DNA of 20,000 nt from an uncultured virus (IMG/VR IMGVR_UViG_3300042867_001762). Lineage: Duplodnaviria; Heunggongvirae; Uroviricota; Caudoviricetes. The position numbers were made by a program, and so were the translations under genes. This document shows, piece after piece, positions 15,314 through 20,000 of the stretch (position 1 is its first letter; every line of letters begins with the position of its first letter). A model generated the notes under the pieces. The model was not told where the DNA came from. It worked only from the letters and a program-made list of their open reading frames with translations, and did no database searches. The stretch lies in the IMG/VR virus record IMGVR_UViG_3300042867_001762, one strand, 5' to 3'.

Positions 15314-18300
15314 CTATCCGCAGTGGTACGTACAGCCTACAAACGCCCTGCGGTACGTCTGCCCATTAAAGGTAAATTCCTCGCAGATATAAATCGGACT
15401 GTTTAGGTCGAAATCGCAATCGCAGGTAATTTTCGCTACGGTATAGTTATGCAGCAGGTCATCGTCCTGGCGCATACCATATCCGGGAATTTCGCAGGTT
15501 GTTATATAGTCGCCGTTTTGCAGGTTGCCGTTTACGTTGGTTACCCAGATGGCGCCTTCGCCTAGGGAGTTGATGACTAGGCGAGTGTCGTCCGGTGCTT
15601 TTTCGTGTACACTGACAAAGTGCCCAAATGTATATTCTCTGACTGTAGAGTTTGTATCTTCCCGGTCAGAGACCACGCCAAACACGGCTTTTTGGTTTCT
15701 TGTTGAGCTTAGAGCCACCTTGGGTAGGGACTCGTTAATGGTTATACTATTCCCGTCGGTCGACAGGTACTCTCCGACAGAGACGACGATTAGCCCGGTT
15801 TTATCCGAGAAGTCTGTAGCTGGGTCAGCCTGACGAGATCGGTGTTGTCCGGTGAAATTTATTTGATTTGTGCCGGTTGCGACCGCTTCATTAAGATACG
15901 CTTTTTGTCCGCCATCGTAAGACCAAACAAATGAGTTTCCATCATTTACGAACATACGCCAGCGATTTGTGCTGCCGGCTGGTTCCAGCACAATTCCGGC
16001 GTTTGTATTTGCATTTCCTGAGGCATCTGTTGCTTGATTGTTTAGTGCTGGCTGCTTAATGATTATATCGCCATCGGCGGTGGAAAATGTGCCCGCGCCG
16101 GCTACTTGCAGCGGCACAGTGTTTAATCTGGGCCCGATAGTTAGTATATCCACTCCGCGATTAAATGTGGCAGAACCGTATACCTGTAGTTGATTTGTGA
16201 TATCTCCAGGATCGCCGACCTGCAGTTTTTTTATCGAGGAGGTGGATGTAGAATTAACATCTAGCGTGCCAGCAATCGTTGTATTCCCGGTAATGTTCAC
16301 GGCTCCGGCGAAACTCGAAGTATTTGTCCCGCTCAGTGTTATAGCTCTGCCAGTTATCATGCCGAGGCCGGTTACCTCAAACTCTCTGCCTGCAAAAGAT
16401 GGGCCGGCATATAGGGCTACGCCGGACCCAGTCTCTACGCCAACAGAGCCCGCTACCGCCGTACTTCCAATTACGAAAAGTCTTTCGGGGCGGGCGAAGA
16501 TATCTGAGTAATCCGAGGTAGAAATAACTATTGATTCGCCGTTCACCACTTGAGCTGGATTAAAGGCCCACCACCTGGCAGTGGCCACGGTCAGTCTGCT
16601 GTTCGTTGCGCCCGCTATGTGTATAAATGGCACGGCATATCTGGCATCTGTTGGAACAGATATGTTGCTTATGTCGCTATAGAGAGCACCGTTGATGGGC
16701 GTCAGATTGTCAGACTTGGTTCCTTGCCCGGCAGGCGAGTAACTCACGGCAGCCGTGGCACTTGGAGAAAAGTTGAATGTAACTGTTCGCAGGCTCGTTG
16801 TTATTAGCGATTGATCATTTGCATAGACTGCTCGGACATGCAGGGTGTTGCCATCGCTAGCCACAAGTTTTTGTAAATTTGAGCCAAGAAAGAAAGCACC
16901 GATAGTTACTGTGCCATAGCCTGTTGCGGATTCCCTGGCCAGTTGAAATCTTAACTTGGATCTGTAATCGGTATCTATTGGTATTGGTCTGCTATAGCAA
17001 AATGCGCTTGTGCTGACCGATAGGCCGTTTTGCGGCAGGAAGACATATCCGCCTTTTGTTGAAAGCGTACTGCCCTGTACAGAGCTCACTAGGTCTGGGT
17101 CATACACCAGCGCCTCTTCGATAGGTGCGCTGGTGCCGCTATTCAGCACGGTTTGCACGGTAGAGCTAATACTACTGGTTCTGCCCCAACCCCATGGGTA
17201 TTTGACTCCGTCTTTTATGTATATCGAGGAGAAGAAGCCGATGTCTTCGGGATTTCCACCCTCGGGCCCATCAGGCCCCTGTATGCCTTGCGCACCGGTG
17301 GCGCCTGTTGCGCCGACAGCACCTGTAGCGCCTGTTGCGCCTGTAGCGCCGGCAGCACCTGTAGCACCTGTAGCGCCCTGCCGGCTCTTTGAGTATGACA
17401 GCGTACGAACAACGGATTCAGTGGCTGAGCCTCCTGATCTGATAAACTCGACAGTAAGCGTGGCCGTGCCAGAGTCGCCCGAGAAAGCAGTGGCATCCGC
17501 AAGCAGCAGCGTTTTTCCAGTAGCATCTGCACCCGAAACACTCATCGGAGATGCTGCGAATGTAATCCCGGTTGCGCCAGAAATAGAAGCCTTGAACCTG
17601 CCCGCTGACAGCGTACCGGTCGTAGCAAGCAAGCCCTGGCTTCCGACTATGAGCTGTATAGCGGAGCCTGATCCAGTGAGAGCTATTGGTGCGCCATTGC
17701 TGTCAGTGGTAACGGTGTGATTATCATTAGGAACAATCAGTGTTACGCCATCGCTGCCGTCCCTTGTGCCATATATCGATACAGAGTCGGTTGCCTTGAC
17801 TGCAAGACTTCCGCTCGTGGCGCCCTCAAGGAGCTCAACGGAATAACCAACTAGTGCATTTGCTGCTGGCAAGTCAGTAAGCGGACCCAGTGTACCGGAA
17901 TCCTGAGGCTGTACGGGGCTTGTGAGTACCACTCCATTCTTGTAGAATTTGTACTTTACTACTGCATCAGTGGTTCCTCTGGCCGTTGCCGTCAGAGTAA
18001 AGTTTGCCGGAGAAGACTGATTGCTGCTGTTATAGTTAAACTGGTAAGCATTGGATACCAGCTCTATTGAGCGAGCCCCAACGCCATTGCTACCGCCCTT
18101 GGCCTTGGTATAGGTCCCTACTCTTGTAAATGTTTCATCTACAGAGGAGCCCTGGCGCCGCAGTGTTATCGTGTACGTTACCGTGGCCACATCCACAGAG
18201 CTGGAGAAAGCGGAAAGCGCTCCTATTGTCGCGGTCGGTGTGCCTGTTCCAGTTGGAGCTGGAACAGTTATGCCGCCAACCGGGCTTACTGACGAGGTCA

Positions 18301-20000
18301 CTGTAAATTGTCCTGCGGCAGTAATACTGCTAACATATGCCAGAGGAGTTCCGCCGACTAGCGCCTGTATGGTTGTTCCAGAATCAAGATAATTGTCCGG
18401 AGCAGAGGTCGATATCACACCGCCAGAGTCCGCCGGGAACGTGTGATTAGTATTGGGAATCTCTATCGTGACAGCATCCTCGCCATCTGCACCCTGCTTG
18501 CTCTTGGAGTATGATAGATTTCGTATTATTGTTTCGGTCTCCGATCCGCCGGGTCGTATAAAAGAAACCTCCAGTACTGCTGTGGCAGAGTCTGCGGCAA
18601 AGACAGAAGCATCATTTAGCTTTAGGGTGGTTGAGTCTAGTAGCGTTGTGAAAATAGGCGGAGACCCGGTCGAATGAAACGTGATTCCGGTAGGAGTAAG
18701 TCCAGAGACCCTGAATTGTCCGGCAGCAATGCTTGAGCCGACAACTGCATCAAGGGCTTGGCTGCCAATCAGCAACTTTATTGCAGAGCCCGAACCAACA
18801 AGCGTCAGTGGCGCGCCAGCGCTATCAGTGGTCACAGTATGGCTATCGTTAGGAACAACAAGGGTTATGGCATCACTGCCGTCTTTTGTCCCATAGACGG
18901 ATATAGAATCCGTAGCCTTTACCACATCATCTTCCAGCAGCTCTACGGAGTATCCGACCGTTGCATTCACTGTAGGAAGCGCGGAGATCGGACCCAGAGT
19001 GTCAGATATCTGGGGCTGAGGCGGACTTGTTACGGCAACCCCATCTTTGTAAAACTTATACTTTACGTTTGAACTTGTCGTGCCTCGTGCGGTAGCAGAA
19101 AGGCTAAAGTTGGACGGACTTGCCTGGTTAGCAGCATTGTAGTTAAACTGATAAGAATTAGATACCAGCTCTACTGAGCGAGCACCTACGCCGGTGCTTC
19201 CGGTAAGGCCCTGGATGCCGCGCTTGCTCTTGGAATAGGACAGGCTTCTTGTAATTGTTTCTTTTACTGTATTGCCAGGGCGCACAAACTCTACAGTCAG
19301 AACAGCTGATGCAGAATCTGAACCGAATGCAGTTGCATCTGCTAGCTGCAGTGTTGTTGAATTTGAAAGAGTTATGGCTGTGCCTGGGAAAGATATACCA
19401 GTGGGCACTATAGATGCTCTGAACTCACCAGCCTGTGACTCTAAAGCAGTTGTTGCTGTTAAAGCCAAGCTCCCGACCAAAAGACGAATTATGCTTCCAG
19501 AAGATGCAAGCGTACTCGGAACGCCATCGCTATCAGTGGTCACCGTATGGTTGTCATTTGGAACAACAAGGGTAACTCCATCGCTGCCGTCCTTGGTACC
19601 ATATATCGATATAGAGTCGGTAGCCTTTACTACTCCGTCTTCGAGCATCTCTACCGAATACCCGGTACCAGAGTCAGATGCGGGCACTTCGGTAATTGGG
19701 CCTAGTGTGTTCGATGTTTGCGGCTGCGTAGGGCTTGTTATGAGAGCGCCGTCTTTGTAAAATTTGTATTTTATGTCGCTGCTGCTTGTCCCTCGCGGGG
19801 TCGCAGTAAGCAAAAACTCTGCAGGGAATACTTCGTCGCTACTATTGTAGTTGAACTGGTAGTAGTTAGACACTAGTTCTACGGAGCGCGCGCCGACGCC
19901 ATTGCTGCCTGCCAGGCCTTGCGCGCCCTGCTTGCTCTTGGAGTACGACAGGTTGCGCGTTATCGTCTCGGATACAGAAGCATTCGGCCGCATGAATTCG
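15314..20000 (-). CDS. Very large repetitive tail-fibre/adhesin-like virion protein (>1,560 aa), 5' end outside the window
   Basis: The frame is open to the edge (EFMRPN matches the internal EFVRPG repeats). It has Ser/Thr-rich repeated modules, a collagen-like G-x-y run, and a C-terminal NFTGQH...DDDLLHNYTVAK...GCTYHCG domain. Confidence 0.8.
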   Translation of the reverse strand, partial: EFMRPNASVSETITRNLSYSKSKQGAQGLAGSNGVGARSVELVSNYYQFNYNSSDEVFPAEFLLTATPRGTSSSDIKYKFYKDGALITSPTQPQTSNTLGPITEVPASDSGTGYSVEMLEDGVVKATDSISIYGTKDGSDGVTLVVPNDNHTVTTDSDGVPSTLASSGSIIRLLVGSLALTATTALESQAGEFRASIVPTGISFPGTAITLSNSTTLQLADATAFGSDSASAVLTVEFVRPGNTVKETITRSLSYSKSKRGIQGLTGSTGVGARSVELVSNSYQFNYNAANQASPSNFSLSATARGTTSSNVKYKFYKDGVAVTSPPQPQISDTLGPISALPTVNATVGYSVELLEDDVVKATDSISVYGTKDGSDAITLVVPNDSHTVTTDSAGAPLTLVGSGSAIKLLIGSQALDAVVGSSIAAGQFRVSGLTPTGITFHSTGSPPIFTTLLDSTTLKLNDASVFAADSATAVLEVSFIRPGGSETETIIRNLSYSKSKQGADGEDAVTIEIPNTNHTFPADSGGVISTSAPDNYLDSGTTIQALVGGTPLAYVSSITAAGQFTVTSSVSPVGGITVPAPTGTGTPTATIGALSAFSSSVDVATVTYTITLRRQGSSVDETFTRVGTYTKAKGGSNGVGARSIELVSNAYQFNYNSSNQSSPANFTLTATARGTTDAVVKYKFYKNGVVLTSPVQPQDSGTLGPLTDLPAANALVGYSVELLEGATSGSLAVKATDSVSIYGTRDGSDGVTLIVPNDNHTVTTDSNGAPIALTGSGSAIQLIVGSQGLLATTGTLSAGRFKASISGATGITFAASPMSVSGADATGKTLLLADATAFSGDSGTATLTVEFIRSGGSATESVVRTLSYSKSRQGATGATGAAGATGATGATGAVGATGATGAQGIQGPDGPEGGNPEDIGFFSSIYIKDGVKYPWGWGRTSSISSTVQTVLNSGTSAPIEEALVYDPDLVSSVQGSTLSTKGGYVFLPQNGLSVSTSAFCYSRPIPIDTDYRSKLRFQLARESATGYGTVTIGAFFLGSNLQKLVASDGNTLHVRAVYANDQSLITTSLRTVTFNFSPSATAAVSYSPAGQGTKSDNLTPINGALYSDISNISVPTDARYAVPFIHIAGATNSRLTVATARWWAFNPAQVVNGESIVISTSDYSDIFARPERLFVIGSTAVAGSVGVETGSGVALYAGPSFAGREFEVTGLGMITGRAITLSGTNTSSFAGAVNITGNTTIAGTLDVNSTSTSSIKKLQVGDPGDITNQLQVYGSATFNRGVDILTIGPRLNTVPLQVAGAGTFSTADGDIIIKQPALNNQATDASGNANTNAGIVLEPAGSTNRWRMFVNDGNSFVWSYDGGQKAYLNEAVATGTNQINFTGQHRSRQADPATDFSDKTGLIVVSVGEYLSTDGNSITINESLPKVALSSTRNQKAVFGVVSDREDTNSTVREYTFGHFVSVHEKAPDDTRLVINSLGEGAIWVTNVNGNLQNGDYITTCEIPGYGMRQDDDLLHNYTVAKITCDCDFDLNSPIYICEEFTFNGQTYRRAFVGCTYHCG
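17262..17377 (-). repeat. Collagen-like (GAT)n coding repeat
   Basis: GATGATGAAGATGATGATGAVGATGATGAQGIQGPDGPE, a 9-bp periodicity in the DNA. Confidence 0.9.

Noticed and set aside
15525..19760. Plus-strand ORFs inside the large fibre gene
   Set aside because: Antisense shadows of the long minus-strand CDS.
19991..19993. ATG at 19993 as the true start of the fibre gene
   Set aside because: It falls inside a repeat module (EFMRPN, equivalent to EFVRPG) and the frame stays open to the window edge.

Overview
Most likely a segment of a large bacteriophage genome. Positions ~300-13,240 hold 38 copies (my manual count) of a fixed-geometry 29-bp bipartite motif, + strand CARGATC-N10-GTYTTTAGGACC, minus strand GGTCCTAAARAC-N10-GATCYTG. 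Of these, 37 are in one orientation and one is inverted. From ~2.4 to 13.2 kb nearly every copy heads a GC-rich minus-strand unit of motif, short leader/GGAGG RBS, one or two small mostly unrelated ORFs, and a hairpin terminator. This gives an array of ~25 self-contained expression cassettes. In the first 2.4 kb most copies sit in gene-free clusters. The array carries three paralogues of one uncharacterised protein, a winged-HTH protein, an AAA_33-like P-loop kinase and several Cys-rich or basic mini-proteins. To its right lie a 10-bp-phased tandem repeat block (13.4-13.7 kb), a G/T-skewed non-coding stretch, a protein kinase-like gene with a large insertion (+), a bidirectional terminator, and the 3' part of a very large repetitive tail-fibre-like gene (-) that runs off the window. 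No integrase, Cas or RNA gene is recognisable. The functional readings (promoter, recombination site, phage origin) are inferences from the sequence alone.
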